64,000 bases of DNA from Gammaproteobacteria bacterium (GTDB taxonomy: Bacteria > Pseudomonadota > Gammaproteobacteria > GCA-002705445 > GCA-002716945). Where the stretch lies: contig JABHRC010000037.1 in NCBI GenBank assembly GCA_018670435.1, positions 25,467 to 89,466 of the forward strand, in the 5' to 3' direction. Below the pieces are notes generated by a model. The model made no database searches and was not told the DNA's origin. It saw nothing but the letters and a program-made list of their open reading frames with translations. A program made the translations under genes and the position numbers. Below are positions 41,934-51,145 of this stretch, piece by piece; the first letter of the stretch is position 1, and each line of letters starts with the position of its first letter.

Positions 41934-43668
41934 CTCAATTATATTAAAAGGTTTGCCAGTATCAAAAGGTATTGCGATCGGCATATCCCATGTAATGGAA
42001 CATGGTAATAATGTCATAAAAGAAGAATATATAGACAAGAAATCTATATCTAAAGAAACCAAACGTCTAGAAACAACTTTTAAAAAAACATTGTCGGAAT
42101 TGAATATTATAAGAAATAAAATAAGTCCATCAATTAAAAAAAATGTAGGGTTATTTCTAGATACACATATACTTCTAGTTAGCGACAAAACATTTTTGGA
42201 TAACATAAGATTTAGAGTAAAGGAAAGCCTTTGCTCGTCTGAATGGGCAATTCAAAGCGAATACTTGAGCATTAGAGATTCATTCGAAAACATAGAAGAT
42301 CCATATATCAAGCAAAGAATTGATGATGTGAATCATGTAGTGAAAATATTATTAAAAAATCTCATTATGAAGAAAGCTAAAATGAATATTGTTTCTAAAA
42401 ACTTCAATAACGTTATCCTTGTCACAGATGATTTAAGCCCAGCAGATGTAATAATAGCTTATGAGTCAAAAGGGTTGGGGCTAATATCAGAATATGGTGG
42501 CAGATCATCTCATAGCTCAATTTTAACAAGAAGTTTAGAACTGCCTTCCATAGTTGGTGTTAAGAATGGGCTCAGTATTATTAAACATGGTGATTATTTA
42601 ATTTTAGATGGGAATGAAGGTTTGATTTTCATTAATCCTGAAAAGGACTTAATAAAATATTATGAAAGTTTAAAGAAAAGTTCCCTTAAAAAGAAAAAAC
42701 TTCTATCTAGTGTTCTGACTAAAAAAAATATTTCTCTAGATAAAGAAAAGTTAGAAATTATGGCTAATCTAGAACTTCCTCAAGAGTTAAAAATCATAAA
42801 AGAAAAAATCATTGATGGCATTGGTCTTTTTAGAACAGAATATCTATATACAGATAGGACAGATTTCCCAACTGAAAATGAACAGTTTATTGCATACAAA
42901 CAAATCGTCAAGAAAATGAAAAATAATCCAGTAATATTTAGAACACTTGACATAGGTGCTGATAAGGAAATTCCTGACAATATTAAAACGGGGTCAATAG
43001 CTCGTAATCCAGCTCTAGGATTAAGAGGTATTAGATATAGTTTGAGTGATCAATCAGTATTTATTAATCAAATCAAAGCAATCCTCAGAGCTGGACTATA
43101 TGGAACTATAAAAATAATGCTGCCAATGATTACCAACTTTACAGAAATAAAAGATGCGAAAAATCTAATTAATATTGCAAAAGCTCGTCTTAGAGATGAA
43201 AAGAAGAAATTTAATAATAATATTAAAATTGGAATAATGGTTGAAGTGCCATCATGCGCAGTACTTGCTAATAGATTTGCAAAGCATGTGGATTTCTTTT
43301 CAATAGGAACAAACGACTTAGTGCAATATACTCTGGCAATAGACAGAGTTGACGAGGAAGTTAATTATTTATATGACCCAATTAACTCAGCTGTTCTTAA
43401 TCTTATTAAAATAGTTATTGATGCTGGTGCTAAAAATAAAATACCTGTTTCTTTATGCGGCGAGATGGCTGGAGACTCTAACTACACCAAGCTATTACTT
43501 GGGCTTGGCTTAAAGTCATTTAGTATGCACCCTAGTGCAATACCAGAAATAAAAAATATTATGATAAACTCAGATGTAAGTAAATTAAAAAAACTTTCTA
43601 AAGAGATAATAAACTGTGACTGTGTTATTAAAAAAAATAAATTACTTGATAAAATAAATAGTATCTAA
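41917..43668 (+). CDS. ptsI: Phosphoenolpyruvate-protein phosphotransferase (Enzyme I), no N-terminal GAF domain
   Basis: GGRSSHSSIL active-site His region, GLFRTEYLY, GTNDLVQY and a C-terminal Cys motif region; 583 aa. Confidence 0.92.
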   Translation: MMKNPSSIILKGLPVSKGIAIGISHVMEHGNNVIKEEYIDKKSISKETKRLETTFKKTLSELNIIRNKISPSIKKNVGLFLDTHILLVSDKTFLDNIRFRVKESLCSSEWAIQSEYLSIRDSFENIEDPYIKQRIDDVNHVVKILLKNLIMKKAKMNIVSKNFNNVILVTDDLSPADVIIAYESKGLGLISEYGGRSSHSSILTRSLELPSIVGVKNGLSIIKHGDYLILDGNEGLIFINPEKDLIKYYESLKKSSLKKKKLLSSVLTKKNISLDKEKLEIMANLELPQELKIIKEKIIDGIGLFRTEYLYTDRTDFPTENEQFIAYKQIVKKMKNNPVIFRTLDIGADKEIPDNIKTGSIARNPALGLRGIRYSLSDQSVFINQIKAILRAGLYGTIKIMLPMITNFTEIKDAKNLINIAKARLRDEKKKFNNNIKIGIMVEVPSCAVLANRFAKHVDFFSIGTNDLVQYTLAIDRVDEEVNYLYDPINSAVLNLIKIVIDAGAKNKIPVSLCGEMAGDSNYTKLLLGLGLKSFSMHPSAIPEIKNIMINSDVSKLKKLSKEIINCDCVIKKNKLLDKINSI

Positions 43669-43669
43669 T

Positions 43670-44584
43670 TTACTTAGATTCATTTAATAAAAACTCGATT
43701 AAGGCCTTACTAGTAAAGAGTCTATTATGAGCTTGTTGCCATACCCTGCTTCTTGAACCGTCAATCACCTCCGCATCTACCTCTTCTCCTCTATGAGCAG
43801 GAAGACAGTGCAGAAAAATTGCATCTGACTTAGCTTTATCAAATAAACTTTGATTTATCTGATAGCCCTTAAACAAATGTTTTCTTTTTTCAGATTCATT
43901 TTCATCGCCCATGCTTGTCCAAACATCTGTTGTGACTAAATCGCAATCTTCAACAGCTTGTCCAGGGAGATCACATAACTCCACATTATCCTTTGCTAGA
44001 GACAACGTTTTGCTATCAGGCTCAAATCCTGATGGTGTCGCAATTTTAAGTTTGAAATTTAAAATTTTTGCTGCATTAATATATGAGTTACACATGTTAC
44101 AACCATCGCCTATCCAAGCAATCGTCTTCCCCTCTATTGAGCCCCTTTCCTCATAATAAGTTTGCATGTCAGCAAGCAGCTGACAAGGGTGGTACTTTTC
44201 AGTTAAACCATTGATTATTGGTACTGTTGAATTCTTCGTTAACTCTTCTACCTCATCATGATCATGTGTTCTAATCATAATTATATCGACCATTCCAGAT
44301 AAAACTTTTGCTGTATCAGCCAAGTCTTCCCCTCTAGTAATTTGGGTCGTATCTGACGATAAAAAAATTGCATGCCCACCCATCGTTACCATTGCTGTCT
44401 CGAAAGCAACTCGTGTTCTGGTAGAATTTTTTTTAAAAATCATGGCCATAGTTTTATTTTGTAGAGAGTTATTAGAAATATTTTTTCTAGATTCCTCTTT
44501 GAGCTCGATAGATCTCTCTATCAGCTTAATGAATTCATTTTTATTTATATCCAATAAAGACCTAAAATGTCTCACTTTATTCAT
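43670..44584 (-). CDS. argF: Ornithine carbamoyltransferase
   Basis: STRTR carbamoyl-phosphate motif, HPCQ and HCLPA motifs. ATG at 44584 preferred over GTG at 44596. Confidence 0.93.
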   Translation of the reverse strand: MNKVRHFRSLLDINKNEFIKLIERSIELKEESRKNISNNSLQNKTMAMIFKKNSTRTRVAFETAMVTMGGHAIFLSSDTTQITRGEDLADTAKVLSGMVDIIMIRTHDHDEVEELTKNSTVPIINGLTEKYHPCQLLADMQTYYEERGSIEGKTIAWIGDGCNMCNSYINAAKILNFKLKIATPSGFEPDSKTLSLAKDNVELCDLPGQAVEDCDLVTTDVWTSMGDENESEKRKHLFKGYQINQSLFDKAKSDAIFLHCLPAHRGEEVDAEVIDGSRSRVWQQAHNRLFTSKALIEFLLNESK

Positions 44585-45761
44585 ATTTAATCTCACCTAT
44601 AATTTTTCGTAAGGTATTTGCAATTGTATCAGCTTGATCTCTATCAAGAATTAATGGTGGCAACATTCTAATAGTATTCTCCTTTGTTACATTAATTACC
44701 AGCCTATTCTCTAATGCATCTTCGACAAGATGCATGCAATTCACTTTTAATTCTATCCCTATCATCAAACCTTTGCATCTTATCTCTTTGATAACGTCAA
44801 AGTGTGATAGTTTTTTATTCAATTCTGTTTCTAAATACAATCCTATATCTCTAGCATTTTTACATAAGCTTTTTTTCTTCATAATATCCAATACTGTCAA
44901 TCCGACTGATGTTGATAAAAAATTTCCACCAAATGTTGATCCATGACTTCCAGGAACTAGTACATCTGCTGCAGCATTGCTAGCTAGGCATGCTCCTATA
45001 GGAACACCATTGCCAAGAGCTTTCGCTATAGATATTACATCTGGGATAATTGAGCTATGTTGAAAACCAAACCATTTTCCTGTTCTGCAAAATCCAGACT
45101 GTACTTCATCTATCATCAATAACCATTTGGATATATCACAAATAATTCTTAGCTCTTTTAGATAACTTTTATCAGGTATGATAATGCCTCCTTCACCCTG
45201 AATAGGCTCAAGTAGTATAGCTACAATATCATCGTGTTTGTCTGATAGTTTTTTAATAGCATCAATATCATTATAAGGAACTCTTAGCAAACCATCCAAC
45301 AAAGGATAAAAACCTGCATGTGCTTTATCTCCACCTGTTGCTGACAATGCAGCCATAGTTCTGCCATGAAAACTATTTTCCATGACTATAATTTTTGGAT
45401 TAGTAATTTTTCTATCGTTGCCGTACTTTCTAGCAATCTTAATTGATGCCTCTACGGCTTCTGCTCCAGAATTACAAAAAAAAGTTGATTGCATACCTGA
45501 CAACTTGCATAGTTTTTCTCCTAACTGTTCTTGCTGCTTAATCATAAAAGCATTTGATGTATGAATTAATGTTTTGGATTGCTGTGAAATTACATCTGCA
45601 ATCTCAGGATCCGAGTGCCCCAAACTTGTAACGGCTAAGCCACAAAGTGCGTCTAGATATTTATTGTTATCTGAGTCCCATAGATATGCACCTTTGCCCT
45701 TAACAAAGGATATATTTTTACGATTGTAAGTATTCATCAAGTAATTCTTCATAATATTCAT
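44577..45761 (-). CDS. argD: Acetylornithine aminotransferase (class III PLP)
   Basis: GAEAVE, DEVQSGFCRTGK, a SIAKALGNG-type PLP-Lys region; adjacent to argF. Confidence 0.9.
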   Translation of the reverse strand: MNIMKNYLMNTYNRKNISFVKGKGAYLWDSDNNKYLDALCGLAVTSLGHSDPEIADVISQQSKTLIHTSNAFMIKQQEQLGEKLCKLSGMQSTFFCNSGAEAVEASIKIARKYGNDRKITNPKIIVMENSFHGRTMAALSATGGDKAHAGFYPLLDGLLRVPYNDIDAIKKLSDKHDDIVAILLEPIQGEGGIIIPDKSYLKELRIICDISKWLLMIDEVQSGFCRTGKWFGFQHSSIIPDVISIAKALGNGVPIGACLASNAAADVLVPGSHGSTFGGNFLSTSVGLTVLDIMKKKSLCKNARDIGLYLETELNKKLSHFDVIKEIRCKGLMIGIELKVNCMHLVEDALENRLVINVTKENTIRMLPPLILDRDQADTIANTLRKIIGEIKYE

Positions 45762-45964
45762 ACAGAAAAAAAATAAAGGGGTATTCTAATACAATAATAG
45801 TATAAAACATAACAGTCTTTAAGTTTATTGTGCTATGAGCAATTTTAGGAAATCAGTATATTATGAAAAGATTATACTACTTAAATGGTTAAAAACCCTT
45901 GTTTTAACATAATTTTATGTCAAAATACTCTTTAAATAGACAATAATAAAGAACCGGGGAAAAT

Positions 45965-47035
45965 ATGAATAAGTTATTTACTGCAGCCGCTATTTTGGCT
46001 GTATCTTCATCACTAGCCTTTGCAGGTGGACATGGTATGGATAGTCATTCGTCTCATGCATCTGCTGCTAAATCAGGAAGTGGTGTACATTTTTTTGGTC
46101 GTTTATACGTTGGGTATGATAATAAAACGACAGGTGCTGCTGATTCTATCGATAACATCAGAGATAATGATGGGAAAAGTAGATTAGGGATTAAATTTAA
46201 AGAAAACTTAGGCGGTATGAGCCTAATTGGGCATGCTGAATGGAAATTCGATATTGCTGATGGCACATCTGGTGCAGATAGCGCTACTGCATGTACAGGC
46301 GCGAGAGATTGCCGCACATTTGACTTACATGTTGGAAACTTAGGTTTCTTAACATCGCTTGGTTATATTGGAATAGGTTCTTTTGAATCTCCATATAAAC
46401 TAATGGGTATGTATGATTCAAATATGGATACTGCACTGGCATTGAATAATCATGGTGGTACCTCTGATGGCTCATTTGGTATAGCTGGAACATGGGATTC
46501 TACCATTTCTTATCATGCTGCAATGGGGCCAATGGAAATTGCTTATATGCGTGGTATGGCTGATGATGTTGGTGGTAGTAATGCTGCTAATGTTGCAAAA
46601 GGAGACTATGCATTTGGTCTGAAATTAAAAGATATCATGCCTGGCCTAGAGTTTGGTTTTGCTAGATCACACGATAAGAGTGGTGCTTCTAACTACGGTA
46701 CTAGTAATGATAAATTCTTTGCCTCATTTAAAGTAATGCCTAACATGGGTGTTTTCTATACAAATGAAGATCTTGAAATAGCAGGTTCAAACCATGGTGC
46801 AGGTGACATCACAACGATGGGTACTCACTATACTATGGGTAATAACATGATTCAGTTAGTTTACGCTAGCGGAAACATGGATACTGCAACAACTGACTAC
46901 GATACTGTTAGTATCTCAAATCAAATGAACTTAAGTAAATCTACTAATATAACAATAGGTTATACTAGAAAAGGTATTGAAGGAGCTGGTAGTGCAGTCC
47001 GTACTTATGGTCTTGGTTTATTACATAAATTCTAA
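45965..47035 (+). CDS. Outer-membrane general porin (Gram-negative porin family)
   Basis: Signal peptide ending AFA, G/Y/D-rich alternating beta-strand pattern and a terminal aromatic residue (...LLHKF). Confidence 0.8.
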   Translation: MNKLFTAAAILAVSSSLAFAGGHGMDSHSSHASAAKSGSGVHFFGRLYVGYDNKTTGAADSIDNIRDNDGKSRLGIKFKENLGGMSLIGHAEWKFDIADGTSGADSATACTGARDCRTFDLHVGNLGFLTSLGYIGIGSFESPYKLMGMYDSNMDTALALNNHGGTSDGSFGIAGTWDSTISYHAAMGPMEIAYMRGMADDVGGSNAANVAKGDYAFGLKLKDIMPGLEFGFARSHDKSGASNYGTSNDKFFASFKVMPNMGVFYTNEDLEIAGSNHGAGDITTMGTHYTMGNNMIQLVYASGNMDTATTDYDTVSISNQMNLSKSTNITIGYTRKGIEGAGSAVRTYGLGLLHKF

Positions 47036-47056
47036 AGCTAAACAGCTAGAGACTTT

Positions 47057-47088
47057 TAAAACCCATCTCACATGAGATGGGTTTTTTT
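47057..47088. terminator. Bidirectional rho-independent terminator between the porin gene and asnB
   Basis: AAAACCCATCTCA / TGAGATGGGTTTT inverted repeat (47057-47070 / 47073-47085) followed by a T-run. The mirrored A-run serves the opposite strand, and the element overlaps the asnB stop codon. Confidence 0.8.
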
Positions 47089-48859
47089 ATGCATCAATAT
47101 TCAATTGAAACCATCTTTCCAGTAAAGCTAAATGCCAAAGCTTATTGCCATTCAACTTAGTAAAATATGAATTAGGATTCAGTAACAAAGTATTGATATT
47201 GTCTTGATTATAGAGCGCCCTATCAGAACAATTCTTCGAAAGTAAAATTGATCTAACATAATCTAGAAATTTTCCTTCAAGTATTTTTAATGGAGGTACT
47301 GGGAAGTAAAACTTATCTCTATAGATTAGATCTTTGCTTAAATATTTTTCGGCAATCTTCTTTAGGTAATATTTTCCACTATTTTGTAATTTTTGAGCAG
47401 ATGGAATTGATGACATAAACTCTACCAAGTCAATGTCTAGGAAAGGCACTCTAGTCTCCAATCCATGAGCCATAGTCATGCTATCAACTCTTTTAACTGG
47501 ATCATCAACCACCAATGTTGACAAATCTATTCTTAATGTTTTATCAATATAACTGATATCATCTCTCTGTTGCGCAAATAATCTTTCTATCAATTCTTCG
47601 CTATAATTATTTGATATATACTCTTTTCTAATTGTATTGCAGTAATCATCATGACTACGGTCAAAATAATGTCCCATAAACCTTTCTGAGTCACTACCAT
47701 TAGCATCATTCATTTTTTCATACCAGAAATACCCGCCAAATAACTCATCTGCTCCTTGACCACTCAATACAACCTTTTGTTTTTTTGAAACTTCATTTGC
47801 TAATAAATAAAATGCTGCTGAATCTTGGCTGAACATTGGCTCAGGCATTTCCTTAATAACATTATCAAGTGATTCAAACAAATGATCCTGATTGATATTG
47901 TACTTATAATGTTTAGTGTTAAATTGTTTTGAAACAATGTCTGAATAATAAAACTCATCTCCGACCTCATTATCAATTGTTGGGAAACCAATAGAAAAAG
48001 TATTAATGTCAGATAATTTGCTCCTAGCTGCCATTGCAACAATCAAACTAGAATCTAATCCTCCAGACAGCAAGACACCTACGTCAACATCAGCTGTGTA
48101 GAACCTTTTACCAATTGACTTTATAAGTAATCTCTCTGATTCTTCTAAGATTTCATTTTCCTGGATTTTTTTATTAAGTGCAATGTCATTCAATGAGTAA
48201 TACTGTTTCTTTGAAATCTGGCCTTTAGAACTAATTGTCATCGAATGCCCTGGCTCTAATTTATATATATTTTTGAATATTGTATTTGGTGCTGGAACAA
48301 CTGAATGTAAAGTAAATTGATAGTGAAGGCTTTTATGATTAATTTGATTATCATTCTTATCAATTAGTGCTCTCGTATTAGATGAAAAAGAAAAATATTT
48401 TTTATTAATTTTATAATATAGAGGCTTAATACCTAATCTATCTCGCGCTAAAAATAATTCTTTTGTTTCTGAATCAAAAATACAAAATGAGAAAACACCG
48501 TCAAAAAATTTAACACATTCCCGACCATAGTAATCATAGCTCTTTAAAATTACCTCTGTATCACCATCTGAGGAAAAACTATATCCTTTTTTTATAAGTA
48601 ATTTTCTTAATTCTTTAAAATTATAAACAACTCCATTAAAAACAATTGCATTACCTGTTTTTTTATCTATCATCGGCTGATGAGATTTACTAGATATATC
48701 TATTACTGATAATCTACGATGGCCTAAATAAATATTATCATATTGGTACTCATCTCCATGATCTGGACCTCTTTTTGCTATGCTATCCATCATATTAAGC
48801 ATTTTTGACTGATTTGGCTTATCACCATCAAATCTCATTTCACCACAAATTCCACACAT
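47087..48859 (-). CDS. asnB: Asparagine synthase (glutamine-hydrolysing)
   Basis: N-terminal MCGI nucleophile Cys2 and the PP-loop SGGLDSS; 590 aa. Confidence 0.92.
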   Translation of the reverse strand: MCGICGEMRFDGDKPNQSKMLNMMDSIAKRGPDHGDEYQYDNIYLGHRRLSVIDISSKSHQPMIDKKTGNAIVFNGVVYNFKELRKLLIKKGYSFSSDGDTEVILKSYDYYGRECVKFFDGVFSFCIFDSETKELFLARDRLGIKPLYYKINKKYFSFSSNTRALIDKNDNQINHKSLHYQFTLHSVVPAPNTIFKNIYKLEPGHSMTISSKGQISKKQYYSLNDIALNKKIQENEILEESERLLIKSIGKRFYTADVDVGVLLSGGLDSSLIVAMAARSKLSDINTFSIGFPTIDNEVGDEFYYSDIVSKQFNTKHYKYNINQDHLFESLDNVIKEMPEPMFSQDSAAFYLLANEVSKKQKVVLSGQGADELFGGYFWYEKMNDANGSDSERFMGHYFDRSHDDYCNTIRKEYISNNYSEELIERLFAQQRDDISYIDKTLRIDLSTLVVDDPVKRVDSMTMAHGLETRVPFLDIDLVEFMSSIPSAQKLQNSGKYYLKKIAEKYLSKDLIYRDKFYFPVPPLKILEGKFLDYVRSILLSKNCSDRALYNQDNINTLLLNPNSYFTKLNGNKLWHLALLERWFQLNIDA

Positions 48860-48965
48860 ATATTGTTGTTCCTTAAAAACACTTAAATTTATTAACTTAC
48901 TGATAGATAAAACAGCTTACATCATTTATTATATCATCCATAATATAATTATTTTTGAGGCATGT

Positions 48966-49544
48966 ATGAACCCACTATTATCAATAAAAGGAACAATTAT
49001 ATCAGGATTTGTATTATCAGCGGTGCTAGTACTAGCTATTGGCGGAAAACTGGTTGATATCGAGCATTACCTTAGATGGTTACACTATCTATCTGGTGTG
49101 ACTTGGATTGGATTATTGTATTATTTTAATTTTGTGCAAGTCCCAGCTATGGCATCTGCAATAGCAGATAAAGAGCCTGGTCCAGCAGCTATTGGAAAAT
49201 ATGTTGCTCCACTAGCATTGGTTTGGTTTAGATGGGGTGCTGTTGTGACATGGATTACAGGTGCTTTATACCTACAAGATCATGGGATGCTACATGCGGC
49301 ATTCACGTTATCAGATGGTGCTGCAGGAATTGGTATAGGGGCTTGGTTAGGAACGATAATGTTATTTAATGTATGGGTTCTAATTTGGCCAAACCAAAAG
49401 AAAATACTTGGTATGGTGGATGCTACTCCAGAAGAAATTGCTAAAGCAAAGAAAGTTGCATTACTAGCATCTCGAACAAATACATTGCTTAGTATACCAA
49501 TGTTACTGTTTATGGGTTATAGCCATAATGGATTGGGTATGTAA
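48966..49544 (+). CDS. Integral membrane protein, possibly Urate_ox_N (PuuD N-terminal domain)-like
   Basis: 192 aa, about 5 TM. The HYLSGVTWIGLLYYFNFVQVP segment resembles what I recall of that family. No cytochrome c (CXXCH) domain is present. Confidence 0.35.
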   Translation: MNPLLSIKGTIISGFVLSAVLVLAIGGKLVDIEHYLRWLHYLSGVTWIGLLYYFNFVQVPAMASAIADKEPGPAAIGKYVAPLALVWFRWGAVVTWITGALYLQDHGMLHAAFTLSDGAAGIGIGAWLGTIMLFNVWVLIWPNQKKILGMVDATPEEIAKAKKVALLASRTNTLLSIPMLLFMGYSHNGLGM

Positions 49545-49626
49545 TTAGATAAATTTTGATTTATATCTGGTTTCAAAGCTAGGTATGACCGATTTATCTA
49601 CAAAATGAATCAAAAGGAGAGAGAAT

Positions 49627-49944
49627 ATGTCAGCATTAGATAGAATCAAGAAACAAGTTACAGAAAATACAATTATGTTATACATGAAGGGTACACCCGA
49701 AATGCCAATGTGTGGGTTTTCATCAAGAACAGTAGAAGCATTAAAACAATGTGGTAAAGAATTTGGATACTGCAATGTAATTCTTGATCAAGAAGTTATG
49801 AGAGATTTACCAAGCTTTAAAGATTGGCCAACCTTTCCGCAACTTTATATTAAAGGTGAACTAATTGGCGGATGTGATATTACTTTAGAACTTTTTGAGT
49901 CCGGTGAATTGAAAAAGCTAATTGATGAGGCTGCCGCAGCTTAA
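49627..49944 (+). CDS. grxD: Monothiol glutaredoxin (Grx4 type)
   Basis: CGFS active site (PMCGFS) and WPTFPQLYIKGELIGGCDI. Confidence 0.95.
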   Translation: MSALDRIKKQVTENTIMLYMKGTPEMPMCGFSSRTVEALKQCGKEFGYCNVILDQEVMRDLPSFKDWPTFPQLYIKGELIGGCDITLELFESGELKKLIDEAAAA

Positions 49945-49949
49945 TAAAA

Positions 49950-50573
49950 TTATTTATTATTAGTTGCATGTATTATATTCCAATAGTCAAATATATTAAC
50001 TTTGGACATCTCTTGAACATTCAAATCCGCATATTCATTGAATTCGGTAAATGGGAAATATGGTTTCCAGCCTAATAACTTGCTAATGGGCATTAAACCT
50101 TTTTCAAACATTTTAACCAATCTGTTATCAGTTTCGTTACTAAAATGATTGACTATATATATATCACCATCACTCTTACAGACTCGTTTCATCTCTTCAA
50201 TTAGTTTCTTTGGATCCTGAGTAACAGACACAACATACATCCCTACTACTTTATCAAAAGTATTGTCGGCAAAAGTGAGCTCCTCTCCATTCATTAATAA
50301 AATATGTTTGTTTTGCACAGAATCTTTAATAATTCTTTTTTTTGCTAAATCTAACATGTCTGGTGATAAGTCAATGCCTACTACTTTAGTCTTATCAGGA
50401 TAATACTGCAGTGACGAACCTGTCCCTATACCTATTTCTAGCACATTGTCTTTACTGCTACAGTTCATTTTTTTAATAATAGCTTTTTGACCAGGCCTGA
50501 AGACTTGCCCAAAGGTTACGTCATAAAATCCGGAGACTCTCTTGTAAGATTTGATTATAGAGTTTTCGTCCAA
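49950..50573 (-). CDS. Class I SAM-dependent methyltransferase (UbiE/PmtA-like)
   Basis: Motif I VLEIGIGTG and post-I acidic GIDLS; 207 aa. The substrate cannot be determined from sequence. Confidence 0.7.
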   Translation of the reverse strand: MDENSIIKSYKRVSGFYDVTFGQVFRPGQKAIIKKMNCSSKDNVLEIGIGTGSSLQYYPDKTKVVGIDLSPDMLDLAKKRIIKDSVQNKHILLMNGEELTFADNTFDKVVGMYVVSVTQDPKKLIEEMKRVCKSDGDIYIVNHFSNETDNRLVKMFEKGLMPISKLLGWKPYFPFTEFNEYADLNVQEMSKVNIFDYWNIIHATNNK

Positions 50574-50620
50574 TATGTTATCCTTAGCTTAGTTATGAAG
50601 GTATTAATTATAGCATTAAT

Positions 50621-51145
50621 ATGATATTAAATTTAAAGATTTTTCTAGATATTCTGATGTTTACTCGTGGGCCCCAAGATCTCCCGTCTACGTCTAACTT
50701 CTTAACAACAATAATACTAATTAATATAATTGTTGGCTTAATATCAGTTGATCCTAATATTAGTTATACTATAAATATATTTTTTGCAGTCATATATATA
50801 GTTGTAACCCTGTTGTTTATAAAAATATGTCTTGGAATACAAGATAATAATAAAGGAACTCAGAATTTATTTTCTTCGAGGCGCATACAGGTTTCATCTG
50901 GCATATTGGGAATACATGCGCTGATAGCTACCTTCACCGGAATAATTTCAATAAGTGGGATCGTAGATGAAAATTCAATAATATTTATTTTTCTAATAAT
51001 TTCACTTTATGCTTGGTTTGTAAATGGACATGTATTCAAAAATGCTTTTGATACCACAATGTCTATTGGACTAGCAATATCACTATTACATAGTATTGCA
51101 TGCGTATTTATTATGATGTTATTTATTCAAGTGCTAATATTATGA
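50621..51145 (+). CDS. Hypothetical polytopic membrane protein
   Basis: 174 aa, 4-5 hydrophobic segments, ATGA-coupled to mpl. I recognise no family. Confidence 0.5.
   Translation: MILNLKIFLDILMFTRGPQDLPSTSNFLTTIILINIIVGLISVDPNISYTINIFFAVIYIVVTLLFIKICLGIQDNNKGTQNLFSSRRIQVSSGILGIHALIATFTGIISISGIVDENSIIFIFLIISLYAWFVNGHVFKNAFDTTMSIGLAISLLHSIACVFIMMLFIQVLIL

Noticed and set aside
45740-45765. The TGAATATTATGAAGAATT segment at the argD start as a possible ArgR (ARG box) operator
   Set aside because: Only one half-site resembles TGAAT. The dyad partner (ATTCA) is missing, and the segment lies within the coding start.
45860-45892. A 9-codon mini-ORF (ATGAAAAGATTATACTACTTAAATGGTTAA) upstream of the porin gene as a possible leader peptide
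   Set aside because: I could see no Shine-Dalgarno sequence, no associated terminator/antiterminator hairpins and no biased codon content. Such an ORF is expected by chance in AT-rich DNA.
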